A DNA stretch of 63,869 bases, filler included, from Rhabdomonas costata (GCA_019059605.1; 50 parts of 50 records of this genome joined end to end with filler, not necessarily neighbours in it), one strand, 5' to 3'; counted from the whole stretch's first letter, positions 12,488 through 24,557 are shown. The notes: generated by a model from the sequence alone, not told the origin. Numbers and translations are program-made.

Positions 12488-12686
12488 GGGGAACAAAGAA
12501 GAGGCAACTACCCAAGGCGCCCCAATGCAGCTGCTCGAGGGGACACCGCACGGGCAGGCCAATGCGCCGGGGATGCGGAGGGGTCCACAGAGACAGCAGA
12601 GGGAACTATTGCGATGCAAAGAGCATGTGTGTGTGTGTGTGTGTGTGTGTTGGGCGCATTGCGTAGTTGCCTCTTCTTTGTTCCCC
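12488..12686. repeat. 35-bp imperfect inverted repeat enclosing about 130 bp that include a (TG)n tract; MITE-like element or fold-back
   Basis: 12488-12522 versus reverse complement of 12652-12686: 33/35 identical; (TG)n at about 12626-12650. Confidence 0.7.
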
Positions 12687-13480
12687 CCAAAANNNNNNNN
12701 NNNNNNNNNNNNNNNNNNNNNNNNNNNNNNNNNNNNTTAATTAATTAANNNNNNNNNNNNNNNNNNNNNNNNNNNNNNNNNNNNNNNNNNNNCTGTGCTT
12801 GCATGGGCCTTGCGATCCAGACAGTGACTGGTGCGAACGTTTCATCTTTCTCATGGCTCCAGAGGATATCAGGTGTTAAGCCATTGCCCCGCAAAGGATA
12901 ACGTATGAGTTTGCAGGTGTGTGAAATGCGAACAGCCGAAAGGAAAGGAAAACGGAAAACGGGCTCATGTGGCAAAAATAATTCCCGTCCACACCGAGAT
13001 CAGATGGGACTGCTAACGGTGGGCCGCCTTCCTGCGATTCGAGCAGTATTTTGCAGTGGGCCATTCACGAACTTGGGGATTCGAACAGGAGATTTTGTAC
13101 TTTGGATCAGCGAGTACCGCACACTCGTCAGCAGTTCGAGTATCTGTGGGGTCTGTTTGATCACTGAAAGGTCAGTGTGGGACGTTCCTTGCAACGCCCA
13201 ATCGCACGAATCAGGGCTGCTTTTTCTTACTTACCTGTGCATACCTGTGGTTTTTGTGGTTTGCCCTTGAACCTCTCGAAAGGCGTGCATAGGGTGATGT
13301 TAGCCTCGTTTCGCCGGAATAGAACCCGGCGTTGTGGAAATGGGAGGGATATGGGTATGGGGTTTCCCTTTTGTGTACATGCGCAGCTTAGCTGTGGATT
13401 TCCCTTTCCATCACTGCTAAATCTGTGCGGAAAAAGCTCGGGCGGTTTGCTTCTGAGACTTCCCTGCAGCCAGGGCAGTG

Positions 13481-13711
13481 ATGTCAGGGACAGTTCCTTC
13501 GCCGATGGGTGGAGCCTCGTCCTCGACGTCCACGGGCGGCACCAGCTCCCATGCCATCCCGTTCGACTACGAGGCCCACCGCGAGGCTCAGGCCACGGAG
13601 GTCGCCGCAGGGAAGAGGCACTCCGTCGCCGTGCGCCCCAGGGAGTTGGCGCATATTCTCTTCCGGCAAAGGCAGCAGCAGCAGGCCCAGCTGCAGGGTT
13701 CAATACCTGCG
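13481..13711 (+). CDS. Probable first coding exon of a hypothetical protein
   Basis: MSGTVPSPMGG...IPFDYEAHREAQ...RQQQQAQLQGSIPA; GC3-rich, AG at 13468-69, GTGCGA donor at 13712. Confidence 0.5.
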
Positions 13712-16700
13712 GTGCGAGTGTGTGCACGGGCGTGCATAAATGTTCAACCACACCGCGCATACAACCTCGCCCGCACCCCGCCGCAGCCACCCCGGATACC
13801 AATCTCACATGTTTTTCTTTGCATGCGGCTTTTTGCAAATTGCTTGCTGCGGAGTTTGTTGTATTCCCAAGCGAAGGCATTGCTGGTAGTGGCTAATGTC
13901 CGTTTGAGTACCGAACAAATGCAAATCTCTACTGATCTCCTCTCAGCCAGGGGCTCCCAACCACAACNNNNNNNNNNNNNNNNNNNNNNNNNNNNNNNNN
14001 NNNNNNNNNNNTTAATTAATTAANNNNNNNNNNNNNNNNNNNNNNNNNNNNNNNNNNNNNNNNNNNNGTGGTTTTTTTCACTGTCTCACGAGTCCACGTT
14101 TGCAGCGGAAATGGGCGCTGGGATTGGCCGTCGGCCGAACTCTGGGGGTGGGAAAAGGGAAGGGAGAACCGATTTTGCTTATGGATTATTACTGAATAAA
14201 TCAGGCTAATCCAACTTTTCGGTCATGTGGTGCAGTCATTTTTTTGTTTCTGCGTGCGGCTTACCTGCAGCACCCCTGGAGTTCCTGGTTTCCGCTGCAA
14301 ACGTGGACTCGTGAGACAGTGAAAAATACCACACGGATACAGCAGCGTTTCCTTTTCCTTTCTGCATAGACGGCGGTCCTCAGCGCCCTCTACAAAATTT
14401 TGGTCCTTGTGCTGGCTCTTTGCTGACTTAGAGATGTTGCAGCGACGCTTTCTTCTCATCTGTCCTCAGCCCCTGCCAGGAACTCTGTAACTGCGGTGCC
14501 TTTTTCCATTCGTTCCAGCACACACACACACACACAAGGGATGCGCTTGTGCACTTGACCGAGGCGACTTTATTCCGGGAAGACTCGCGTTTCCGACTCC
14601 TCACTTCCCCACTGGGCTCCTCACCCTAGATGGGTTACTCTCCCCTGCCTCGAAGGGCTGGTGTCTACCTCCACGACCACATACAGACACTCCGCCTCCT
14701 CCACCACAGCTTGTTCTCATTTTCTTCCGCAGCACCCTACGCGCTCATTGACCGGGCCTCGTCTGCAAGGACTCTTCTTGCCGCCGCACCAAAGCGCTTA
14801 AAGCGCCAAAGTACTTAACTCACCGCAATGCCCGGTTTGTAGAAAAAAGATGTCCCGCTCAGACTCAGATAGCATACCATTCGGCTCCCTCATCCGAACC
14901 CCGGTGCCGTCCCCTCAAAGTGGTTTAGGTATTTTGGATCCAACCCTGGGGTATTGGCAAGTATCTTAGGGGTCTGGAAACTGGGGGTTTGGGGTCGGCT
15001 ATCATCGAAAAACAGTGACTTGCGCTTGACAGATGACATTTAAATAGAGGCACACGGAGCGAATTGAAGTAAGACCACCTTGACAATATCACCTGTTCGC
15101 TCCGAGTAAAACCCACGAAAGAACGACCGACTCGACTTTGGCGCGACTGGTGCGAGAAAACCGCGAAGAATACCCAGCAGCCATAGGTCGCACCCAAAGA
15201 GATCGTTTGCGCGATATGACCCTCCGCGTCAGCGGTGACACCCCAACNNNNNNNNNNNNNNNNNNNNNNNNNNNNNNNNNNNNNNNNNNNNTTAATTAAT
15301 TAANNNNNNNNNNNNNNNNNNNNNNNNNNNNNNNNNNNNNNNNNNNNTGGTTTTTTGTGCTTTGCGTGCACGGGCCTTTCCCTGGGAAACTGTTGCATGC
15401 CCCGCTGCCCCTTTTCCCCCTTCCTCCCTTGCTGCTATGCGCAGTTTTGGCAGATTTGCGGTGTCGACGTTTCTTGCCGAGTCTCCCGCAGTGGCATTTT
15501 CGCGGGGAGGTGAGGTGGCTTGCTTGCTATGTCCGGGCTTAAACGGGCAATAAGGACCAACGAGTGTTCCATCTCTATGTTATTACTATCATTATTAGGA
15601 GAGGGTGCTGTTGATGTTGTGGGGTAACCAATTTCAATGGTATCAGTAGTTCCTAGGGTTGAGTAATTGAATTGATGGATTAGATTATTCCGCCGTTCGC
15701 TTCCTTTATAGCTTTCTCCCTCTGAGATCCCTTTCCTCGCGAACGCTCCTCGAGGAAATGGTTAATCTAAGTTTATGTGATACGATATTACTGCGCGTCA
15801 CCCCACCGCAGTGCCAACTAACCCTAGTGCTCCCCACATCCGGGCCGATATGTGGGTATAAACACACATGCCGTGCGTCATTATGGACGTGTGTTTGTGT
15901 GCATATCCCAGATGTACATACCCTCTTCCCTCAATTCCTATTCCCCGTTCACTGCTTACTCAGGGGAGGTGTTTAGAAAATCTGCTGTGCCTGACGGGGA
16001 TGCGTTGAAAGTGCAATGATTTAAAAGGTGCAGCCGCCATTGTTTACCTGCAGCCCTGACTTAGGGAAAGTTTCTTTTCGATTTTCCCGTTACACTGCAG
16101 TCCATCCAAAACCAAAGTCTCAGAAAGGGGACCCTGGGCTGGAATGGAGCGGCACCACGAATGATGTCGAAAAAAATGTCCGCTTTGGATGTGCCACTTA
16201 CAGTTACATGCTGAAAAATCTTGAAAGAGAAAGTTTTATGCTTTTGTAGGTCTGGACAAAACATTTTGTGGAGTCCTGCCAATGTCGTCATGCTGCGTCG
16301 CGTCAGCAGCACATTTTGGGGGTGGCCCAAGACCCAAGCAGCTGTCATCGTATCATCATTTCAGACATCACGCCACAGCCTTTTCCACCTGCGAAGCATG
16401 AGGAACATATGCCCCCGAACGAAGAACAGCGGACGTGTTGATTCGCCACGCTTGATTCCCTGCCGGTATCGGGGCACCTTTCGTATCTCTGTGCAAAACC
16501 TCATCTCCAGGTGAACCACACCACCCCNNNNNNNNNNNNNNNNNNNNNNNNNNNNNNNNNNNNNNNNNNNNTTAATTAATTAANNNNNNNNNNNNNNNNN
16601 NNNNNNNNNNNNNNNNNNNNNNNNNNNATTGTGGTGGTATCTTGGCCTCCATGACCCACTCACTCACACTTACACCACCAGCATGCATGAACCACCCATC

Positions 16701-16854
16701 CACCATTAGACCCCATGCCATGCACCACAGGATGGAGGCCAAGATACCCACCACATACCATGCACCCAAAACTCAACTCAGGGAGACATCGCCATGCGTG
16801 GCCCTCTACATTCACCCTAACCATCACATTTTAAGTGAGGAGTGGGTGATATCT

Positions 16855-17607
16855 GAGCGCAGCGAATGCACCAGTAACGAAAGTTTGACACGAATAGTAG
16901 CGGAGCAGGATGGAAGATCACGAAGCGTAGTTGAGTAGATGATGCCTACTTGTCGGTCGCTGCGCTCCCTCCACCTTTCATCTTCACTCACTCACCTATC
17001 TTCAGTCCACATTCAACATGCGGTCTGGGTGTTTCACTTCCATCACCACTCATGCATCACACTCAGAGTGGGGTTGTTGGTCATCGTGGGTGCTCAGTCA
17101 CTCCCTAAGTCTTCCGGTGTTTCAGTGCGTAGGAGTAACCCTTCTACCATTTAATCACATTATACGGTTGGTATTCCTCGTTCACTTCAACCAACATAGT
17201 AGGAGAAGCGTAAGAGTGCGGTGGGTTTTGTAGGTGGGAGCGCATATCTACCAGAGTCGTTAATCCACGTCCACCACAAAATATGCATGCGGATCGTCAC
17301 TACACCGGCAAAAGCACGACTACGTTCCTTCTATTGTCATTGCCACACCAACAGCCATGACTATCACCAGTGTCGCTCCACAACCACAATGATGGTTACG
17401 CTCCCTTACACTCAACCGTTCAACAGCATCAGGTAATGGTATGTAGGTCTCGGCGACCTATCGCGAATGCCGACAGGATAACAGCATCGAAGGAGCGTAG
17501 CGACTGAGGACGTAAATACAGGAGGCATGAGAGTAGTGAATGCCGACAAGACAACACGAGCGAAGCGAGTAGCATACAACATCTAGGATGGATGACGAGC
17601 GTAGCGA
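16855..17607. repeat. Five dispersed copies of GAGCGNAGCGA (sixth copy at 31397-31407)
   Basis: Exact matches at 16855-65 (+), 16957-67 (-), 17493-503 (+), 17558-68 (+) and 17597-607 (+). Confidence 0.9.
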
Positions 17608-17909
17608 GACATGCCGACATCGTGAACCCCCCACCTGTAACTACGCATCATTTCTCCCCATAAAGGGCTTACAGGATGCTCCGTCATGGCGTAGCCACAG
17701 TAAAAATACAGCCTTTGACACGAAGGGCATGTCGAGGAACGAGGCATGACCGTAGTAGGATGTAAGATAGATGTCACGTAGCGGAGTAGCATACACGCAT
17801 CAAACAANNNNNNNNNNNNNNNNNNNNNNNNNNNNNNNNNNNNNNNNNNNNTTAATTAATTAANNNNNNNNNNNNNNNNNNNNNNNNNNNNNNNNNNNNN
17901 NNNNNNNTT

Positions 17910-19087
17910 GTGGTGTTGGAAGAGACTGACCTCCCCAGGGAAGTGCATCTCAACACGTGGTGCGTTACTGAGTCGTTTCTCTGGCAACCACCAGGTGCAC
18001 CTCGTCTGCCAGACAGTGATCGGCTGGGACCTCTGCACAACGAACTTTTTCCGCTGAAACTTAGGCGCCGTTCTCAGTTTAACAAGGCAATTCACGAGAG
18101 TCTGGAGGAGGATCTGGACGATGGTCTTCGTCGAAGTGGTGTTTTTCTAAGTCCAAGACCGGCCGCTGTGGAGGTCACCTCGGCATCCAAGCTCCTTCAG
18201 AGGTCAAGTGACAAAATCAGCAGCGCTGCCGAAACACAAGTTCAAAGAATTACTCGGAGCGTATCGCCGGAGCACATTGCGCAGGATATAATTTCTTCTT
18301 TAGAGTCCCTGTGCTCTGCGGGCATCGTTGTTTGTAAGGTCTCTGCAGCCGAAATTCGGTTATCGCAATTTCAGGAAGCCGGGTTGCTTTTGGTGCAGGA
18401 AGGGCTCGAGATGACCCGCATACAGCCTTCAATGGTGAACACCATCGATGTAGACGAGCTCTCGGAAGTTATTCAAGGGCTATGGCCTTCCTCCTGGAAT
18501 GTTTCTATGAGTGACGTTATGTTTACGTTTCTTCAAAAGGGCTGGAGAGTTGCGGACGTACCCCCGTGGAACACCGCGCCACCGCAGAAGCGGTTGTCGT
18601 CGTGTTTCGAAGTCGCCACGAGTCTTCTCGGAGATGGGCTCTGTCTTCGCCGCCATGAGGCCTCTGATCAGGTGCGTCTTCGACGCACTCAATTTGTTCT
18701 GCGAAATTGCGGTCTAGTCCTTTGCCCCACGATATCTGAAAAGCCCGTGGATGAAAACGAGATGGAGGTTGTGCTCGGCCACCTCGATACTGCCAATCTC
18801 GTGCTCAAACGCACCTGCAGGGGTCTCCTGGAACCTAAGTGTCGCCGAAACGATGATGATAATAATTTGTCCTTTTCCGGATCCTGGGCTGACTGGCTTC
18901 GCCGTCGCTGGACTCAGTTCCGCTTGGGTTGGTACAACACCAAGGAGCTTTGGAGAATCCCTGCCAATGATGAGCCCACGACTGATCCCCTCGCTGTGAG
19001 TCTGAGCAAGGCTGACATTGTGATTGTCCCTGCGTTGAGGTGTATCCGCAGTGGCTCGCCCCCAGCCGAGTGTGGTGCCGGCAATCC
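17910..19087 (+). CDS. Hypothetical protein, long internal exon or intronless segment open across the whole contig
   Basis: About 392 codons without a stop, globular composition; no motif recognised. Confidence 0.75.
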
Positions 19088-19293
19088 NNNNNNNNNNNNN
19101 NNNNNNNNNNNNNNNNNNNNNNNNNNNNNNNTTAATTAATTAANNNNNNNNNNNNNNNNNNNNNNNNNNNNNNNNNNNNNNNNNNNNAAGGCCTGGGGTG
19201 CCCCTGCGTGTGGCGGTAGTGTGTTTTCTCGCCCTTTCTGTGGTTTACTTTATTGTTGGTTACCTGGTGGCGCGGTGAGAAAGCCGACGTGTC

Positions 19294-19446
19294 ATGGAAG
19301 GTAAGGTGCGGCTGCTCCTTGTGGCCCTCGTAGTGCTGATTGTGGGCTCCATGGTGAAGTTGATGCCCTACCTCAGGGCCTCCAGTGCAGGGGCGGAGAT
19401 ACCTCTGGGGCATCCTCGCGCCCACGCCGAGGAAGCCCGGCTTAAG
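19294..19446 (+). CDS. Putative first exon of a type II membrane or secreted protein
   Basis: MEGKVRLLLVALVVLIVGSMVKL... hydrophobic anchor; candidate donor AAG|GTATGG at 19447. Confidence 0.4.
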
Positions 19447-20468
19447 GTATGGCACAGAGCAGCTTCCGCAGAGTCTCCCGGAAACGCGCACTATGCACAT
19501 CTGCTCACAAGATGTGGGTGAGAAAGCAATCAGCTCAGCTATGTCAGCGTAACAAACAAGAAAAAAACAAGAAGAATGCTAAATCAGTATAAAAAACATG
19601 CGTGTAGTGACACCCCTCCGGGACTTTTGATTTTTGTCACCAGGTCAGAGCTGGTAGCCAGCAGACAGAGAGAGAGAGAGAGAGAGGTGCTGCTGCGGCC
19701 GAGAACCAACTGGAACCTCCCCGTACTTGTCTGAGAGCAGAGAGGCGAACAAGCAAAACAATGCAAGCCGCATCCTGGGGGGGGGGGCGCTAGCAGTAAT
19801 AGTTTTTCATCCCGGCGGCTTCTGCGGATGCGGGCAGTCGCTGTGGGGTGGCTTTACCCGGATCCGTACCATGCTTCTTTACTCGGGGCACTCTGGAAGC
19901 GGCTCTGGGACATCGCATTCCGAGCTCTCCGCGCTCTCGCGCGCATCCTGTATCATGTCCCTGCCAGGGGACCCACGAACCTCCACCGAAGAGGCGTCCG
20001 AGGCGTCCGAGGCTGATGATGGGAGGACACTCACTGAAGTGGGCATGCCCGCACAAACGACTTGCCAATAGTACAAACGGGACGGCGCACCCCGCAAGCT
20101 CCAGTCACGAAAAAGGTATTTGCATTTGTTTCTACACAAACAAACACGATACCTTCATCGGGCATGCTCGCACAGATGGGATGCCAACAGTTCTCAAAAT
20201 TCCTGCGTCGGACACAAAAAAACGACCTCATCAAGGCGAGAGAAGAAAAGAAAAGTAAGGTGGTTAACCGAGGGGAGAATAACATCTCCATGTCCTCGTC
20301 TTCGTGTTCATTGCTCACGAAGACGAGGACATGGAGATGTTATTCTCCCCTCGGTTAACCACCAACCNNNNNNNNNNNNNNNNNNNNNNNNNNNNNNNNN
20401 NNNNNNNNNNNTTAATTAATTAANNNNNNNNNNNNNNNNNNNNNNNNNNNNNNNNNNNNNNNNNNNNG

Positions 20469-20694
20469 TGTGGGGTGATGGCCGGGGACAACAAGAGTCT
20501 TGATGAAGATTTGGGCACGTACCTCAATGACAGGTGGTACAGTTCCACGTTGGAGGCCGGAAACTGGACCTTAGCCCCTGTCCCCGGCTATCCCGGTCGG
20601 TCCTACTTTGGGCTCGCTGAATTCTATGGAGAAATATGGGTCGTCGCGGGGATGGGCGCGGATGGACCCCTGAATGATGTATTTATTTTATTTG
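20469..20694 (+). CDS. Kelch-like beta-propeller exon (partial)
   Basis: VMAG...YLNDRWYSS...NWT...PGRSYFG...GEIWVVAG...LNDV repeat pattern; donor at 20679 or 20695. Confidence 0.7.
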
Positions 20695-21747
20695 GTGAGT
20701 GCACTTGTTCGTGAAAGTGGCAGTATGCTAACTTCCTGGACACCATTTCGAAAAAATGAACGAACGAACGAAAAAGAAGAAGAAAAAGAAAAAGTTCAAT
20801 GATGTCCAATGGTAAAGGTTGAGAGTGGGAAGTACAGCAGAAACGTTCGGGTGGTTTCCTTTTCGAGGTCGCTTTGCTGAAAACAAATAGAAAGGGACCA
20901 AAAAAAGCTTTGTTTTTCTAGATGTTCTGGTTCCACCGAGCGGTAGTCTTGGTCCCCATTTCTGCGTACGCGGGGAAAAGGAATGAAACCAAACCTAACG
21001 AGCGCTGAAAGCTCGGCTATAATCCAACGGTCCTGCAGGGAAAAAACTGGTTTTTTGTTTGCTCGTTGGCGCTATTTTTTTTTCCGGTTTTCCGAAAACT
21101 TCCGTTTTGGCCTGGGGCAAGAAAGAAGCAACCACGGGCACGGTGGTGCAGCGAACAGCCACAGCCAAACGCAAATATTCACAGGGTTTCTACTATTATA
21201 TGGGGAGGGAGGTGTGGGTGCGTGCGCACTTTGTTTGAGAATGTCAAGATGAGGCCAATGTTTAAAACGGGAAGGGTCGGATTGTTGCAGCGTGTGGGCG
21301 TGCAGGTGCAGGGTGGGGGGTCCCGCAAAGCGGTCCGGGTATCGGGACGTGAGGAACGGCACATGGGTGTACGCGTCCAGCGGGTCAGCGAAAGCTTACA
21401 AAAGAACAAAAGTGGTAAAAGAACAAAGAATAGAAGTGGTAAAATTCAGCAGTGACACCAAAAACGCGGACAGGTCCCTCCACTCCAGACACGCATATTT
21501 CCTCTCGTCTTTTTTTGTCGTTTTTTTTTTTGCACTCTCGGATGGAGAGCGGATTTGGTGAGAGAGAAAACTCGTTTCTCCTGTACACTCTACTTTCACA
21601 ATCAGGTGGATGGTGAATAGTGCCACACACCCTCAAACACACACAACNNNNNNNNNNNNNNNNNNNNNNNNNNNNNNNNNNNNNNNNNNNNTTAATTAAT
21701 TAANNNNNNNNNNNNNNNNNNNNNNNNNNNNNNNNNNNNNNNNNNNN

Positions 21748-22846
21748 ATTCATTGTCTATAAATTGATGATTATTTAATTTATGCAATGAATCCTGCATT
21801 GATAAAGCAGCATCGCATGCACTACATTCGTGATTATCAATATCATTAGGAACATTCCACAAAGCCATAATACAATCTCCAATAAATTTGTCAATAATCC
21901 CATTATTTGATGTTATAATAGTACACATTTCGTTTAAATAGATATTCATTAATTTCAATAAATTATCCGGTGTAATTTTATCACATAAAGATGTAAATTT
22001 TGTAATATCTGCAAACAGTATAGTTACATATGTTACATCCATTTGTTGAATTGTATTACGTCTATTTGAAAATAATATTTGCACTACTTGAAATGGTATG
22101 TACTTACGAAATGCTTTGATACCTACATTTAATTTACTTACGGTGTATTCACATTCTTCAAATTCATACATATTAGATTTAAATTCAATGTCTTGATCTG
22201 TACAATTTATTAAATTTGTTAATTGTATTGATAATTTTTTAATAACACGTGACATCATAAATGATACTAAAATAGAAAGAATAAAAGATACTATTACAAT
22301 CAAACAAATAATAATTATACTGTATATAGATAAATTAGTTAATGTAGAATTGATATATTGTGTTGTAAGTAGACTTTCTTGAGTTAATGCTGTATGATCA
22401 AATAAAAAATATATCGTCATATCTACATCAAAAATCGTAATATTTGTAATTATTATATAATATGTAACATCATTTTCATCTGTCCAACATGAATTATTAT
22501 GCTTTTCTAATTCATTTGTTATCGAATAAGAATCTGATACATTATTGTAATACTTCCAAGAATCAAAAATATCATATAATTGTACTCGTGGATTATCTAG
22601 TACACTATCAACATATATTCCATATTGTGTAAATGATAATATAACATAACTTTGACCTAAATTTATTTTTGTTTGATAATATCGTATAATTGAATTAACA
22701 CTTATATACATTGAAAATAAATATGGTGTTGAATTTGTATATAGTTTTTGTTGTACAGTTCTAAACATTAAACCATATTGTTGATTAACAAGAATATTTT
22801 CAGAATATGTTGGTATACTAGTTACATTTAAAATTGAATTTGTAAT
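21748..22846 (-). CDS. Membrane-anchored class III adenylate cyclase (ectodomain, TM, linker, cyclase); AT-rich and intronless, partial at both ends
   Basis: TM segment SIYSIIIICLIVIVSFILSILVSFMM; FRKYIP linker; TILFADITKFT and IIDKFIGDCIMALW (both metal-binding Asp and the ATP-specifying Lys present). Frame stays open upstream of the ATG at 22768 as far as 22846. Confidence 0.92.
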
Positions 22847-23115
22847 TTAACTAGTATACCAACATATTCTGAAAATATTCTTGTTAATCAACGATATGGT
22901 TTAATGTTTAGAACTGTACAACCAACANNNNNNNNNNNNNNNNNNNNNNNNNNNNNNNNNNNNNNNNNNNNTTAATTAATTAANNNNNNNNNNNNNNNNN
23001 NNNNNNNNNNNNNNNNNNNNNNNNNNNCCCCCCCCCCCCCATCCTAGTGCCTCCTCATCTCGTTAAGTTTCCAAGTTTGGTGTTTTTTTTTGTGGCCTGT
23101 CTTGGTTTTACACAG

Positions 23116-23580
23116 GGCGCACGGACGGGGCGATGGACGCGGCCAACCTTCTGAAGCCCATGCTGGCCCGGGGCGAGCTGCGGTGCATCGGGGCGACCAC
23201 CCTGGATGAGTACAAGAAGCACATTGAGAAGGACCCCGCGTTCGAGCGGAGGTTTCAGCAGGTACGCTGGCAGGGGACTTATCAACGTCTTCACAGAAGC
23301 ACAGTGGAAATTTCATCTGGAGTATGCTTTTTTTCGGAGGCGCGCAAAGAAGTTGTGGAAAGTGATCCTTCACATTTAATTTCCTGGCCTTGTTGTGGCT
23401 GTGGATATTGGGTGAAGAGTTGCGAATTGGGTGGTTGCACATTTCACAGGTTTTTGTGGGGCAGCCTTCGGTGCTGGACACCATTAGCATCCTTCGGGGT
23501 CTGCGCGACCGGTACTCGCAATACCACGGAGTGCAGCTGACGGACGGTGCACTGATCGCGGCGGCCCAGCTCTCAGACCG
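23116..23580 (+). CDS. clpB: ClpB/Hsp100 chaperone NBD1 fragment; exons 23116-23261 and 23450-23580
   Basis: [93 protein letters not shown] intron. Confidence 0.96.
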
Positions 23581-23716
23581 GTGTTGCACATGGGTTGCAT
23601 TCAGCTTTGAACTTTTTACACTGAATTGTGTTCACCTTTGAGTACCCCCACATTGAACTCTGAACGTTGAGGTCCGCGCAACCCAGGATGCGCGAAGCGG
23701 ACGTGTATGAATTCAA

Positions 23717-23980
23717 AATGAGCTTCAGAACGGGTTATGAATGACATTGACCTGCGTGCCATTTATGGGCTATGGCTTCATGAGTTAGGATACAAGACCC
23801 ACTTCCCAGGGAGTGATATGAGTATCATGTTTGCTGGGCAGCCTGTAATGTCCGTGAACCCAGGAGTTGTAGATAAGAAAATCGAAACCATTGGGGTGAG
23901 CTGGAATGGTACTCACAGACGGTCAACCGTGTTCATGTATCGCCCCCATCGCTTCAGAATGAGCTTCAGAACGGGTTATG
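23717..23980 (+). repeat. 23-bp perfect direct repeat, 241 bp apart, in a ClpB intron
   Basis: AATGAGCTTCAGAACGGGTTATG at 23717-23739 and 23958-23980. Confidence 0.9.
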
Positions 23981-24306
23981 CTCTCCTGACGTGTTTTTTT
24001 TACACAGCGGATAGAACAGCAGCGAATAACGACGAATAACTCCTGTGCTTCCGGAAAAGCCGTCACTTGTGGTCGGGAAGACAGCAGGGAGCGCACCAGG
24101 AAAACGCCGAGAGCCACCCGACATGTAATGGAAAGTTTGCCCACCAGTAGATTGCCAGACCGTATAGCACTAGTGCTCTGGGGAACGGGAGTGTTTCCAC
24201 ACACAANNNNNNNNNNNNNNNNNNNNNNNNNNNNNNNNNNNNNNNNNNNNTTAATTAATTAANNNNNNNNNNNNNNNNNNNNNNNNNNNNNNNNNNNNNN
24301 NNNNNN

Positions 24307-24557
24307 GGGGTGTTGGCCCAGCCCGACTTGTGCAGGGGCTTGGCCGTGGTGGAGGCGCTGTGGTTGTAGAGAAAGCTGTAGAGCATCGCGCTGCCCGTGT
24401 CCACCACAGCGGTGACGGTAACACCTGGGGTGCCTAGGGTGAGTTCAGCGTGGACCTTGACGCCATTGCTTTTCAGGGGCACTCGGACTGTCTGGCCACC
24501 ACACATGGAGACCAAGACCGACGCGAACACCAGCAACCCAGGAAGGAGATGGGTCAT
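24307..24557 (-). CDS. Secreted pepsin-like (A1) aspartic protease, N-terminal part
   Basis: Signal peptide MTHLLPGLLVFASVLVSMCGG, then LTLGTPG.TV.AVVDTGS (catalytic DTGS) and YNHSASTT. Confidence 0.85.

Noticed and set aside
14074-14326. Perfect 38-bp inverted repeat (14074-14111 and 14289-14326)
   Set aside because: Identical arms starting at the contig edge; the same fold-back pattern as other contigs.
16636-16748. 17-22-bp inverted repeat and a short hydrophobic minus-strand frame (GAWYVVGILASILWCMAWG) as a possible mitochondrial gene module
   Set aside because: The repeat is at the contig edge (likely fold-back), and the peptide matches no gene I can name.
16855-16865. GAGCGCAGCGA as pUC/pBR322 vector contamination
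   Set aside because: Flanks do not match the vector context, and the central base varies among copies.
22830-22837. Mimivirus early promoter motif AAAATTGA
   Set aside because: Lies antisense within a coding frame in very AT-rich DNA; expected by chance.
22750-22922. 75-bp inverted repeat with a 23-nt loop at the end of a virus-like contig (possible hairpin telomere)
   Set aside because: The cyclase frame runs through the left arm and the loop and stops exactly at the junction; the arms differ by one base and reach the contig end. Best explained as an amplification fold-back.
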